Under the pieces are notes generated by a model. It was given only the letters and a program-made list of their open reading frames with translations. It was not told where the DNA came from and ran no database searches. The translations under genes were made by a program, and so were the position numbers. From a virus: a stretch of DNA of 45,663 bases. Positions 38,901 through 45,663 of this stretch are shown piece by piece; the first letter of the stretch is position 1; each line of letters starts with the position of its first letter. The DNA is taken from the IMG/VR virus record IMGVR_UViG_3300048597_000147, positions 1 through 45,663 of that record; one strand, written 5' to 3'.

Positions 38901-41021
38901 TAGCCCCAGGGCCTGCACTGCTGGCCGGAACTGTTCGGCTACCACGTCCTTCCAGAATCCGTCAAAGGACCGGATGAACGTCGTCCCCCAAATCTTGTCG
39001 TAGTACGCCTTCTCACCCACCGCCACCGTGCCGCCAAGCATGGTAGTGTCGCCCTGCCATACATTGCTTGTCGCCCGTGACGCCCGGGCAATGGGGTTCT
39101 TCTCACTCAGCCCAAACATCTGTGTCCAGTGCCTGGCCGTAGCTTGTCCAGCTTCCGTAAAGGTCTTGTCTGACTGGAAGCGCATATCGACAGGGGCGCC
39201 GCCCGTGCGCCGCTGCACGTCTGCGATAATGCTGGCGATAGGGCGCAGAGAGTAGGTATCGTCCCCGATGGCGTTCGCCGCTTGTGATGCCGCCTGGCGA
39301 ATCCAGTTGCGGGGCGCCAGGTTCAAGTACCCATCTACCAGGATGGCACGCAGGAACCGAGAGGGCCACGATACCGCCTTCATAAGCGGGTTCATTTCGT
39401 CGCTGACACCGTAGGCTTTGCGGGCCGTGTCCTCAATCACCTTGGCAAATTCGGGGATGAACTTTGCCGGGTCAAGTGCCCCCTCGCCTTGCAGCGACTT
39501 CATGCCACGCAGACCCTCGCCGGCCGCTGCCAGGATGGGATAACGCTTAATGACCTCCTTATTCCCGAGGAGACCAGCGCCCACCCGGTACTGACCTTGC
39601 GAGTCGGCCATCTGCCCCGCCAACTGGATACCGTTGACCAGACCACGCCCGCCCGTGGTAATCCAGTCCTCCATGATGGCCTGCATTTGTCCCTTGTCCC
39701 GGATGCCAGTCGCCAGCACCATCGCAGTCTCTGTCAGGCTGCGTGCGTCGAGGTACGCCTTGGCCTGGTTCGTGCGGGCCAGCGGGTTCATTACCTCTGA
39801 CCAGAACTTGCGAATGTCCTCGCCTTGCAGAACCTTCTCGGCGACGGGCCCCGACGCCTTGACCACATCGTTGATGCGCTTGGTGGCGATTGCCGGGTCT
39901 ACGTTGAAGCTCTGCACCGCCCGGGCGCCTTTTGCCAGTTTGGGGGTCATCCCCAAAAGCGACGTCGCCCCGCCCGTCATCCAGTCCACGGGGTCCACGG
40001 CGACACCGAACATAATCTCGGCCCACGGGTTCTGTGTCGATTCGATAATCTCCCGTTCGCTGAGAGAGTTTAGCCGGTTCCACTCCTGGCCGTAGCGGGC
40101 TGCGGCCAGTTCATCCCCTGCGGCCTTGGCCGTCTGCATCTTGGCGTATGCTTCCTTGGCCTTCTCCTCACGGTTGATGATTGTCTCGAACGTATCCGGG
40201 GAGTTGAGAGACTGAGCGTTCGACGTGAACACTCGCCACGCTACCTCCCGCTGTTCAGCCGGTAACTGGTTGATGTCGGTGCGGTACTGAATCTGTGCGC
40301 CGACCTGCTTCCGTGCCTCGTCGTAGTTCTCCCCGAACTGCAACAGGTTCTTGTTCGGGTTGAACGGGTTCAACGACTGATTGACTACCTGCCCCGCCGA
40401 AGCAAGCGAATCGGCCAGCGAGAATTGATACTCCTGCCCCTCACGCAGCCCATAGGGGTCATCCTTCTGGCCCTTGTAGGGGATGAAGGGCGCCGTAGTC
40501 AGTGCCCGAGTTGGAGCGTCGAACCACTGATATGTAAAGTCCAGCACGTTGTCATACCCCGGGAACAGTTCGGGGTTCTCGTCGGTGCGATTCTGCTGCG
40601 CCTGCCAGTCGGCATACTTGGCGGCCGGGGAATCCCCCTGACCAATCCAGTCGAGCAAGGTCCCGGAGGGCATACCCGGCAGCCCCTGGTTACGCACAGG
40701 GACGGACAGTTCATCACGCATCCCGCCAGGCTGCGCACCTTGACGCCACGGGCCAGCATCCACCCGTGTGCGGTCATCCCTATCGGGGCGCCGTTCTCGC
40801 CGGCGTTCTTGGGGTTCGGCCCGCTGTCGAGGCGCATCTGCAGGGCCGCCCCGTACAATCTGACCCGTGACCAGCGGCTGCAACAGGCGAGGGGTTTCCC
40901 TGGCCTGCTGCTGCTGGCGCTGCACTACGGATTGCTTCTCTTTCTGTTCCTGGCGCCCGTAGTCGCCCTTATTCTTCTCCAGCCACTTCTTAATGCTGTC
41001 GGGGTCTGACCAGTTCGGCAT
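32949..41021 (-). CDS. Giant 2,690-aa protein (polyvalent/head-internal candidate) with a ParB/Srx-like segment
   Basis: Uninterrupted 8.07-kb ORF between portal and scaffold. AYPAALQPRDRS...LDRGSPIVDSSGVVLSGNGRTMAM (nt about 36640-36800) resembles ddrB-type ParB domains of polyvalent proteins. It has a duplicated DDVPEELLTP segment and a poly-Gly C-terminal region. Confidence 0.85.
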   Translation of the reverse strand: MPNWSDPDSIKKWLEKNKGDYGRQEQKEKQSVVQRQQQQARETPRLLQPLVTGQIVRGGPADAPRQRAEPQERRRERRPDRDDRTRVDAGPWRQGAQPGGMRDELSVPVRNQGLPGMPSGTLLDWIGQGDSPAAKYADWQAQQNRTDENPELFPGYDNVLDFTYQWFDAPTRALTTAPFIPYKGQKDDPYGLREGQEYQFSLADSLASAGQVVNQSLNPFNPNKNLLQFGENYDEARKQVGAQIQYRTDINQLPAEQREVAWRVFTSNAQSLNSPDTFETIINREEKAKEAYAKMQTAKAAGDELAAARYGQEWNRLNSLSEREIIESTQNPWAEIMFGVAVDPVDWMTGGATSLLGMTPKLAKGARAVQSFNVDPAIATKRINDVVKASGPVAEKVLQGEDIRKFWSEVMNPLARTNQAKAYLDARSLTETAMVLATGIRDKGQMQAIMEDWITTGGRGLVNGIQLAGQMADSQGQYRVGAGLLGNKEVIKRYPILAAAGEGLRGMKSLQGEGALDPAKFIPEFAKVIEDTARKAYGVSDEMNPLMKAVSWPSRFLRAILVDGYLNLAPRNWIRQAASQAANAIGDDTYSLRPIASIIADVQRRTGGAPVDMRFQSDKTFTEAGQATARHWTQMFGLSEKNPIARASRATSNVWQGDTTMLGGTVAVGEKAYYDKIWGTTFIRSFDGFWKDVVAEQFRPAVQALGLEDDVARVLANVAIEAAKTGDKTNVAGKMREAVAGMVVKDPTAARIPDELMPLELRGAINDIIQTHGPEQAAQAWAKMQPILERARRYAENAVAGGPPSWRPEFTKDIQLDDAALLTRNLTQLARKGGTGAKEAGAEAWRIAKQILRTEDNGYRSFMDDLVQTQDPKALQFGMDVWNRIYDLKVETRMLVDGINQEAIKAANVGTTNMAERTAVWQRAYQQTAQAWQEYAAKFQGVMDESRQALLRNAAGEPLPTGYDWNKVIDRYFNYNELDIAAARMADPGATWDDAAHKAAREANRVIVDRSAIELFDVLRRFPTTDSLDIITAVMRQADAMGAQTAGAVRRATEEAKATKDWDAFFTYRNQMWNRLADESVEAFAAAKRAVVWNYLAEQTPTKLRWSDPFAGDFHLVGEATDDTPGTWLARDHHGNLVRLLEEGRGQAPQTKSGATPEMLGGPSRGPKIVGNTEAARAVSGGNGVYVPKQVIEDYKALVKGNIEEIVDDVMEDVAPLRSPDEFIEAAKADPQATADAMGEAGFVTDDVPEELLTPVLDDVLEEGALAADDVPEELLTPKVNDFEEPTPVASTATTTLTDVRKVASSANIGTDQTDKWLVNSINKHRQEIGLTGRIRKLEDLSPADLPKVLAYYNKRATSSTPASAGATVEIWSDPTRKYTAQYDVVELDALVASNDASGRVNQAYPAALQPRDRSQAAGLQQVNTMAQRLDPDELLAGTNALDRGSPIVDSSGVVLSGNGRTMAMRLADDASYQNYRTALSQRAAQFGIPAARLEGMNKPVLVRRLPQDVDPVAFAQEANQRTTLAYNASESAKTLARKLTAGDLVNFDTKTTDNLRQALSLASSREFVRRVMAKIPDTERAAFVGPNGELTTQGVDTIRGALFATVFSDADAILRNYVMNPQPDLANIGNAIERTIGKLAQLQLQNPDLAIGRELADAAMTLLDVRNKGESIATVLQQVGLFGEMDEATKALVQFFDANIRTSKTISAALNRYADNALNVMGGQDALFAGGGADKLAMLQSAIDSMKNGGQDALFEMRGGLGAVKAWPDWMVPRPARRGMWHPTGEGLSFTPDGDAYASIKQGIQQARLARKSMPEAGDAALRQLQSVDKLEEYLRANLASILAGQPNKLTPAQQLQVLDIVNKRLLPAWDNVMRAASDHGRKMGEFAMMDFNDRRNIDTALALVLPFHYYFTRSAGNWMQRVMAKPALLDFWMETQRAIAGENQRTDVVDGQVVERPQRLQGTVPNPLKEVIDTPWMPDRLQNPLVWTLPFSMYMPSAFTEEIESEDVQQNVLNSTLQYLGEKTFPWYQGPLWAWMDENMPVKDGEKPRFQQWSEAQQIGDYFPLARIGAYGLQAAGQAGMQTGGMFSLGTEFDPYFVGRTIRNNTAQGNLDQATAQYAMQYADNIQEGVDPGTLIPPGNLEAAKAAYEQNVAGAGVERFGRELGGWLTGLTNQYYPEGEKEARAAAQQYREFGYGPANPGGSKAARDSVLESNPELPVGWGTSVLIPGGEGRPPGASAQISAGYDQGEDLRAQAKAEADAAVDAAILANPNIKSGELTKIRRGVMDKWQPQISGAYDGANALSEKYPIPSSNGPGNGFTYDGGMNPDEKRMADADAVFDAAYDMPGRPGEGASREETDAYYRKRDESVVAGLVALGFSEQEAASMWKERQERNYTDLEKQQREKNRIAWESYEKQGDANWGARRYEVANAYGDGALSLWEQYLDLPKGDARARFKEQYPEVDAYNLAAFEPEGFKFLSGRYGADAVLAWARTPKWTDNPGDQERRSAYLDANPKAWMVDAWVDGRPRPYDPNRTSVERNYGTDWAEAERMFGRDIWDKVERYRTATGEERRAIRDQEGLKEWLDWWYGLLPQQQRAAGSGLLPASAFRGGGGPTRNGWGGGGGGGGYGGGGGGFQPRTPYVDPQGMDRNLEVLPQYIKEWRPIQRVGELPDWFYAGDRLKPARTKWK

Positions 41022-41043
41022 CTGCCTATTCCTGTCAAGGGAA

Positions 41044-41117
41044 AAACTTCCCGCTAAACTTCCCTAAACTTCCCTGCCAAGGAAACCCAAGAAATGTTTC
41101 TTGGTTTCTTGGGTTTC
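41044..41117 (-). promoter_or_regulatory. Intercistronic element: 3x AAACTTCCC direct repeats plus nested 13-bp-arm palindrome
   Basis: The repeats are at 41044-52, 41056-64 and 41066-74. GAAACCCAAGAAA (41082-94) can pair with TTTCTTGG (41097-104) or TTTCTTGGGTTTC (41105-117). Confidence 0.6.
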
Positions 41118-42091
41118 TACCATGACCGCACCCACCGGCTGTTGGGGGTTTGCGTGCGACCAAACGCCTGCATCCGAGCAATCGCCTGTTGGTTGGCGTA
41201 GTTCTCCCGGGTAAGTGAAGCCTCTTGACCAAGCTGCGTGCGGCGGAAAGATTCATCCTGGCGCTGCTTGAGTTCAGCAAGAGCCATTTCCCGCTGCTGT
41301 GCGGAGAGTTGCCCACGCTTCCACATATCGTCAATCCGGTTCTGTTCCTGGCCGATACCAACTTGATTGCGCTGATACCAGTCCCGAATCTCAGCCTCAC
41401 GGTTCCCAAGTTGCAACTGGCCCCGGCCCATCTCCTGGTCAAAGCCGAACTGCTTGTCCCAATTGCCCTGCTGCTGGCGAGATACCCATTCCGCCATGTC
41501 CTGCTGACGGCCGGCCAGCCCCTGACTGAACCGGTCATTTTGCTGCTGCCATCCGAACTGGTCATTCCAACGGCGCTGCGCCTCGTTGAAGTCCATGCCG
41601 TACTGGTAGCTGTTCTGGCGCAACTGCTCCCATGGCAGCATCTGGCCGAAGTTCGCAACGGCCTGCGGGTCGATGCTTTTCCAGGTGTTCCAGTCGCCCC
41701 ACCCGTACCCCGTGAACGGCGAGGAGTATTGCGCCTGCTGCCCGCCGCCGAGAGGCGCCCACGATTGCCCGCCACCCCACGGGCCCGTATCCATCGAGGG
41801 GGTAGGCTGTTGGCCTGCCTGGGGCTGCTGGCCCTGCTGCGGGTAATTCTGTTCCATCCACAACTGCATGAGGTTCTTGTAGTTCCCCGGCCCGTCGTTC
41901 GCTGCGCCCATGGTGTTCATCTGTCCACCTTGCGCCCCCTGCGTGCGAACCGGCTGCGTGCTGTACTGGTCAGGCTGCGGCGCCATCCCCATCTTGTTCC
42001 TGGCGTCGGGGATGGCGTTCCGTCCCATCTGAGGCGCCGGGGGCTTCCACTGCGCTTGATACTGCTGTCCATACTGATTGCTGTATGCCAT
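41117..42091 (-). CDS. Gln/Asn/Trp/Gly-rich protein (324 aa), internal-virion candidate
   Basis: TAATG overlap with the portal stop, and a GGAGGAAT RBS. The alternative frame 41035-41775 is rejected. Confidence 0.7.
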   Translation of the reverse strand: MAYSNQYGQQYQAQWKPPAPQMGRNAIPDARNKMGMAPQPDQYSTQPVRTQGAQGGQMNTMGAANDGPGNYKNLMQLWMEQNYPQQGQQPQAGQQPTPSMDTGPWGGGQSWAPLGGGQQAQYSSPFTGYGWGDWNTWKSIDPQAVANFGQMLPWEQLRQNSYQYGMDFNEAQRRWNDQFGWQQQNDRFSQGLAGRQQDMAEWVSRQQQGNWDKQFGFDQEMGRGQLQLGNREAEIRDWYQRNQVGIGQEQNRIDDMWKRGQLSAQQREMALAELKQRQDESFRRTQLGQEASLTRENYANQQAIARMQAFGRTQTPNSRWVRSW

Positions 42092-43995
42092 TAGATTCCT
42101 CCAAGTGCGCTAAGTTCCTCCCCAGGCGGGAGAGGTTGGCCCATAAGCTGTGCGAAAATTTCCGGGGGCATATCCGGGGGCAACCCCATAAGCTCCGGTG
42201 TCATCTGCCCCGACAGTTCAGGCGGGAAGGTGCCAGCGTCCATGTTCATGCTTGGCGGCTGGACCGGCATCGGCATACCTGGCGGGGGCATCGGGCCCCC
42301 TGGCCCCATCGGGCCCGGCATCGGGCCGGGCGGCATCCCTGGCGGCATACCTGGAGGCATACCAGGCGGAGCCGGAGGTTGTTCCTCAGCCTGCGCCACC
42401 TGTTCCAGCGGCGTACCTGCAATGATGGTGCGCCAGTCGTCGGGATAGTAAGACTTGAGCATGTCGAGCATGACCTTGGGGCGCAAGGCTTCATCCTCCA
42501 TGGCACGCTCAATCTGGACCCGCACTTCTTCATCCTCGGGCAGCGGAACATCCAGGTACTTGTCACGCACCGTGCGCCGACTGATAACGCCCGATTCTTG
42601 TAAGCGAATTGCAAGGGTCTGCCGTTGAACAATGTCCTGCGGGATGGCCGGCGTGATGGTGACCCGGTTCTCGTAGTATCCCTGAATGTCATCCTTAGAG
42701 AGCGTCACCGTGTACATATCGCCGCCCCGTTCGTTCTTGCCCCAAACGGTAACGCCGTCCTCGTCCCCGAACTCCTCAACCAGCGCCAGGGCCTGCATGT
42801 TGGCCTGTTCTAGCGTGCGCTCCAGGTTAAAGCGTACCTGGTTCACACGGCCCTTGGCAGCATCCGACAACAGGCTTACACCGTACCCGGCCTGCAATTC
42901 GCCGGGTGCCTGCCCGTACAGCACGCCAGGGAATGACGCCTGCTGGATACTCCCATCTACCTGCCCGAGCATCGCCTGAGCCAGCGGAACATTCGGCGCC
43001 GGCTGCACAAGATTGACCTTCGTGCCAGGAGGAGGGGTCAGCACCTGGCCGGGCCGCACGGTGAAATCCTCGACCTCCCGCCCGTCCTCCCTTTCCACAA
43101 CCACCATCGGCCAGAAGTAATACAAAACGCCCGTCCCCATCTGTGACGCTAACCTGCACTGGTAGTAATACAGGTCCCGCATCGGGTGAAGGATGCTGAT
43201 ACCACGATAAGCCTCCCCCCGAATCGGGGCAGAGTCGCCGTATCCCTCAATAATGGGAATCATCGGGTAGTTGGTCTCGGTCGGCTTCTTCACAAACTCG
43301 TCATCCACCAGCACCGAGTTCCAGATGGCCCCGTCCTCACCCGTCCACCAGAAGTCAACTACATCCAACTCCTGTTCAGAGTTCCGCCGCATCTTCTCCT
43401 TGATGCTATCCCGCCGCCGCAATGTGGGATAACGTTGGGATACTTGGGATATTTTCTGCTGGTACTTGTGGTATGCGTACTCGGTCCACATCGGACCCTC
43501 ACGCACCCCCACGTTTAGCGGGTCGAGCGTCCTGATAAGGATGGGGAACCGCTTCTCCTTCAACTTCTCCGGCAACTCATCCTTAATCCACTTGACCTCA
43601 ACCGCATGACGCCCACGAACAAGCGACTGCCAAACCAAATCACTCACCAGACTACGGCGCTGCTGGTGGTCGGCCGTCATCCACATCGCCTTGAGCCAGC
43701 GTTCACGCAGGTTGGCCGTCCCGTCCAGTTCCTCAGTAGGCGCAGACGGGGGAACTTCTATCTTCGGTTCATTCGCAAACAGGCGCATAGCGAGATTGAC
43801 CGTGTTGTAGGCAGTCGGCAGCGTTACCTGTTCCCGCCCCTCCTTCATGGCCTGCTGCTGCGTTTGCGGCCACACGTCCATGCGCCACATACGCTCCCAT
43901 TCTTCGGCCATCTTCACATAGCCAGCACGCTCATGCTCTACGTTCGATACCCGTTCCTTAATGTCGTCTACAGTCAGCTTCATCAATTCCCCCAT
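42091..43995 (-). CDS. Portal protein
   Basis: 634 aa, overlapping the 3' end of the large terminase gene. The N-terminal region (ERAGYVKMAEEWERMWRMDVW...AYNTVNLAMRLF) is typical of portal families. It has a Pro/Gly/Met repeat tail. Confidence 0.8.
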   Translation of the reverse strand: MGELMKLTVDDIKERVSNVEHERAGYVKMAEEWERMWRMDVWPQTQQQAMKEGREQVTLPTAYNTVNLAMRLFANEPKIEVPPSAPTEELDGTANLRERWLKAMWMTADHQQRRSLVSDLVWQSLVRGRHAVEVKWIKDELPEKLKEKRFPILIRTLDPLNVGVREGPMWTEYAYHKYQQKISQVSQRYPTLRRRDSIKEKMRRNSEQELDVVDFWWTGEDGAIWNSVLVDDEFVKKPTETNYPMIPIIEGYGDSAPIRGEAYRGISILHPMRDLYYYQCRLASQMGTGVLYYFWPMVVVEREDGREVEDFTVRPGQVLTPPPGTKVNLVQPAPNVPLAQAMLGQVDGSIQQASFPGVLYGQAPGELQAGYGVSLLSDAAKGRVNQVRFNLERTLEQANMQALALVEEFGDEDGVTVWGKNERGGDMYTVTLSKDDIQGYYENRVTITPAIPQDIVQRQTLAIRLQESGVISRRTVRDKYLDVPLPEDEEVRVQIERAMEDEALRPKVMLDMLKSYYPDDWRTIIAGTPLEQVAQAEEQPPAPPGMPPGMPPGMPPGPMPGPMGPGGPMPPPGMPMPVQPPSMNMDAGTFPPELSGQMTPELMGLPPDMPPEIFAQLMGQPLPPGEELSALGGI

Positions 43996-45377
43996 CCCGG
44001 CATCGGCCTAACCATCCGCTTCTTCTTGCGGGTCTCAACCGGGCCGAACGTATGTACTAACCAGTACCCTAATGCTTTAATAGCATCGTTGGCTTTGTCA
44101 ATGGGCTTAACAGCCTCACTCTGGCCCGGCTTGCGGTCGGGCCACCGCCACAAGTCGAACTCACTCAACACATGCGCCGCACTCCCATCCGGCAGCGGTT
44201 CCGGGTTCGGCAATGAGGAGTTGAAGTACAACAGCGGTTCCCCCAACGTGCTGCTCTTGCTCAACCGGAAGCGTACCGTGTTTATCGTGTCCTCCAACGG
44301 AATCCACTTATAGGCGAAAGACACTTTCGCCAGGTCCTGCCATATCTCCACCTGGGACTTGTTGGCGTGCCGCTGCGTGCCAGCAATATCAATCACGTTC
44401 CCATCCTGGCGCCGCACGTACTTCCAGAACCTGGACCCCATGACCTCGGGAATCACGTCCTGCGCAACTGCGTTCTTCTTGTAGACCGCATCCAGCACAT
44501 GCGTATACGCCCCGACCTTCTGCACAAACAGCGCCGCATACGTGTGGGTCGCCGGGTCAACGGCCAGATTCACCGGCAGCGGAGTACCCGTACTGTCACG
44601 GGCCAACTCCAACGGCCGCACATGCACCGCAATCTCAAACTCTGGAATAACCAACCCATGAGCCCGCTGCGCCTCCGCAGCGAACCGCTTCATAAACCAT
44701 TCCTCCGGCATCGTCGCACGCAACGCCACAATCTCCGGGTCATTGATTCCACCCGGATAGATGGCCGTGTTACTCCACGTCGGCAAACTGAAACTCCGGC
44801 CGCCCTCCGCATTGTCGCCCTTCCACTTGCGCAGCATCGACCCATACCACGGCAGCCCGTTTTCCAACGTCCCCGAGAGAATGACCCATCCCCGAGTCTC
44901 ACTCACACGACCACGCAACTTTAACCAGGTCTCAAAGTCTTGCTGCGCTGCCTCAACCATGAGGGCGCCATGGATGCTGAAAGACGCCAACTTGCTTATG
45001 TCGCTGCTGGTCTTTGTCTCAATCCTCACCCCATACGTGGTTGACATAACCCAGGGCACAGTCTTTGCCTCCGGCATTGACGCCGATGCTACCAACCCAG
45101 CCTTGTTCAGCGCATTGAAGATGTAGGTAAACTCGGCCCGAGCCTGCCCATAGTCCGGTCCCACAATCCAGAACATGCGCTCCTCACCGTCATCGCTTGG
45201 CCCCATCCTCACCAGGGCCGCAGCAACCGATGTAAACGACTTGCCTGCACGCTCACCACCGCAAATGAGCATGAACCGCAAGCCAGCCAGCCATTCACGC
45301 AATATCTCGGCCTGGGCCACGTTCGGCTTGTACCCTAGTGCAGCCCATATCAGCCTTGCCCATTTGTCACTCGACAT
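43983..45377 (-). CDS. terL: Terminase large subunit
   Basis: Walker A LICGGERAGKSFTS. The size (464 aa) and the position upstream of the portal gene fit. Confidence 0.9.
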   Translation of the reverse strand: MSSDKWARLIWAALGYKPNVAQAEILREWLAGLRFMLICGGERAGKSFTSVAAALVRMGPSDDGEERMFWIVGPDYGQARAEFTYIFNALNKAGLVASASMPEAKTVPWVMSTTYGVRIETKTSSDISKLASFSIHGALMVEAAQQDFETWLKLRGRVSETRGWVILSGTLENGLPWYGSMLRKWKGDNAEGGRSFSLPTWSNTAIYPGGINDPEIVALRATMPEEWFMKRFAAEAQRAHGLVIPEFEIAVHVRPLELARDSTGTPLPVNLAVDPATHTYAALFVQKVGAYTHVLDAVYKKNAVAQDVIPEVMGSRFWKYVRRQDGNVIDIAGTQRHANKSQVEIWQDLAKVSFAYKWIPLEDTINTVRFRLSKSSTLGEPLLYFNSSLPNPEPLPDGSAAHVLSEFDLWRWPDRKPGQSEAVKPIDKANDAIKALGYWLVHTFGPVETRKKKRMVRPMPGWGN

Positions 45378-45441
45378 AACTACATTGTGCTCCAGACTCG
45401 CTTACCCACTATATGTTGTGGGATTGACAACAGAAGGGCTT

Positions 45442-45487
45442 AGGAGTAGGGTCATAATCAAGCTAGCTTGATTATGACCCTACTCCT
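45442..45487. repeat. 46-bp perfect palindrome AGGAGTAGGGTCATAATCAAGCT|AGCTTGATTATGACCCTACTCCT
   Basis: Verified base by base. It extends to GCTT.../...TAAGC with one bulged A. It lies in the non-coding gap between the putative terS and terL. Confidence 0.95.
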
Positions 45488-45536
45488 TAAGCTCTCTACT
45501 CACTTTCAGCCCCGATAGCCCGTAACTCGACATAAC

Positions 45537-45663
45537 GATACCCCGTTCCTACCCCAAAAAATCTAGTGGGGGTAGGTGTGTTGTGGTGTTCTGTGATGTG
45601 GTGTTATAGGGTGTCGTGTCGTGTTCTGCGCTCCGCTGCGTTGCACTGCGCTGCGCTGTGCAT
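45537..45663. repeat. Terminal overlap copy 2 (identical to 1-127)
   Basis: See copy 1. Confidence 0.95.

Noticed and set aside
32949-41021. Giant ORF considered as a tail tape measure
   Set aside because: It lies between the portal and scaffold genes, upstream of the capsid gene. No tail-tube, chaperone-frameshift or baseplate genes accompany it.
41035-42094. Alternative frames over the Q-rich gene (246-aa minus-strand ORF 41035-41775; 289-aa plus-strand ORF 41225-42094)
   Set aside because: The 324-aa frame is coupled to the portal stop (TAATG) and has a GGAGG RBS. The alternatives are Arg/Ser/Leu-rich, lack start signals and run through the structured intercistronic element.

Overview
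The first 127 nt are identical to the last 127 nt, so this window is one complete replicon with a unique length of 45,536 bp. It reads as a GC-rich, temperate, tailed-phage genome, probably podovirus-like. Gene order therefore has to be read across the junction. I see no rRNA, tRNA, CRISPR array or transposon. Layout: (i) A minus-strand virion/packaging operon runs from 621 down to 157, wraps around the junction, then continues from 45377 down to 25305. It encodes a putative small terminase, large terminase, portal, a Q/N/W-rich protein, a 2,690-aa giant protein, a P/G-rich protein, scaffold, an HK97-fold major capsid protein, and about six tail or particle proteins. No tape measure or tail-tube genes are recognisable. 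(ii) A plus-strand early block (1106-3970) encodes a RadC-like JAB protein, a J-domain protein, and small zinc-ribbon and RHH proteins. (iii) A minus-strand early-left block (9384-4004) sits behind a near-consensus promoter. It encodes a RecT-like annealing protein, a membrane-anchored HTH protein and small membrane proteins. (iv) The lysogeny module comprises a large serine integrase (9593-11068), an XRE/CI-like repressor (11269-11829) and a back-to-back promoter switch. (v) A plus-strand replication/middle block (11973-18619) encodes a DnaD-like initiator, a helicase-loader-like protein, a Vsr-like nuclease and an Rmf-like/Ea22-like protein. (vi) A terminator-insulated, translationally coupled plus-strand cassette (18776-25318) has no characterised counterpart that I know of. 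It comprises a membrane-anchored minimal CHAT (caspase-fold) protein, a 49-aa TM protein, a 1,294-aa signal-peptide multidomain beta-helix/LamG protein, a LamG protein, a metallophosphoesterase and a 74-aa protein. No holin/endolysin pair is recognisable anywhere in the genome. Several short conserved non-coding motif families recur at operon boundaries: 11-bp phased repeats, a 22-bp stop-codon-abutting repeat, a 17-bp repeat and a 46-bp perfect palindrome. All functional calls come from motif recognition by eye. None has been verified by database search.
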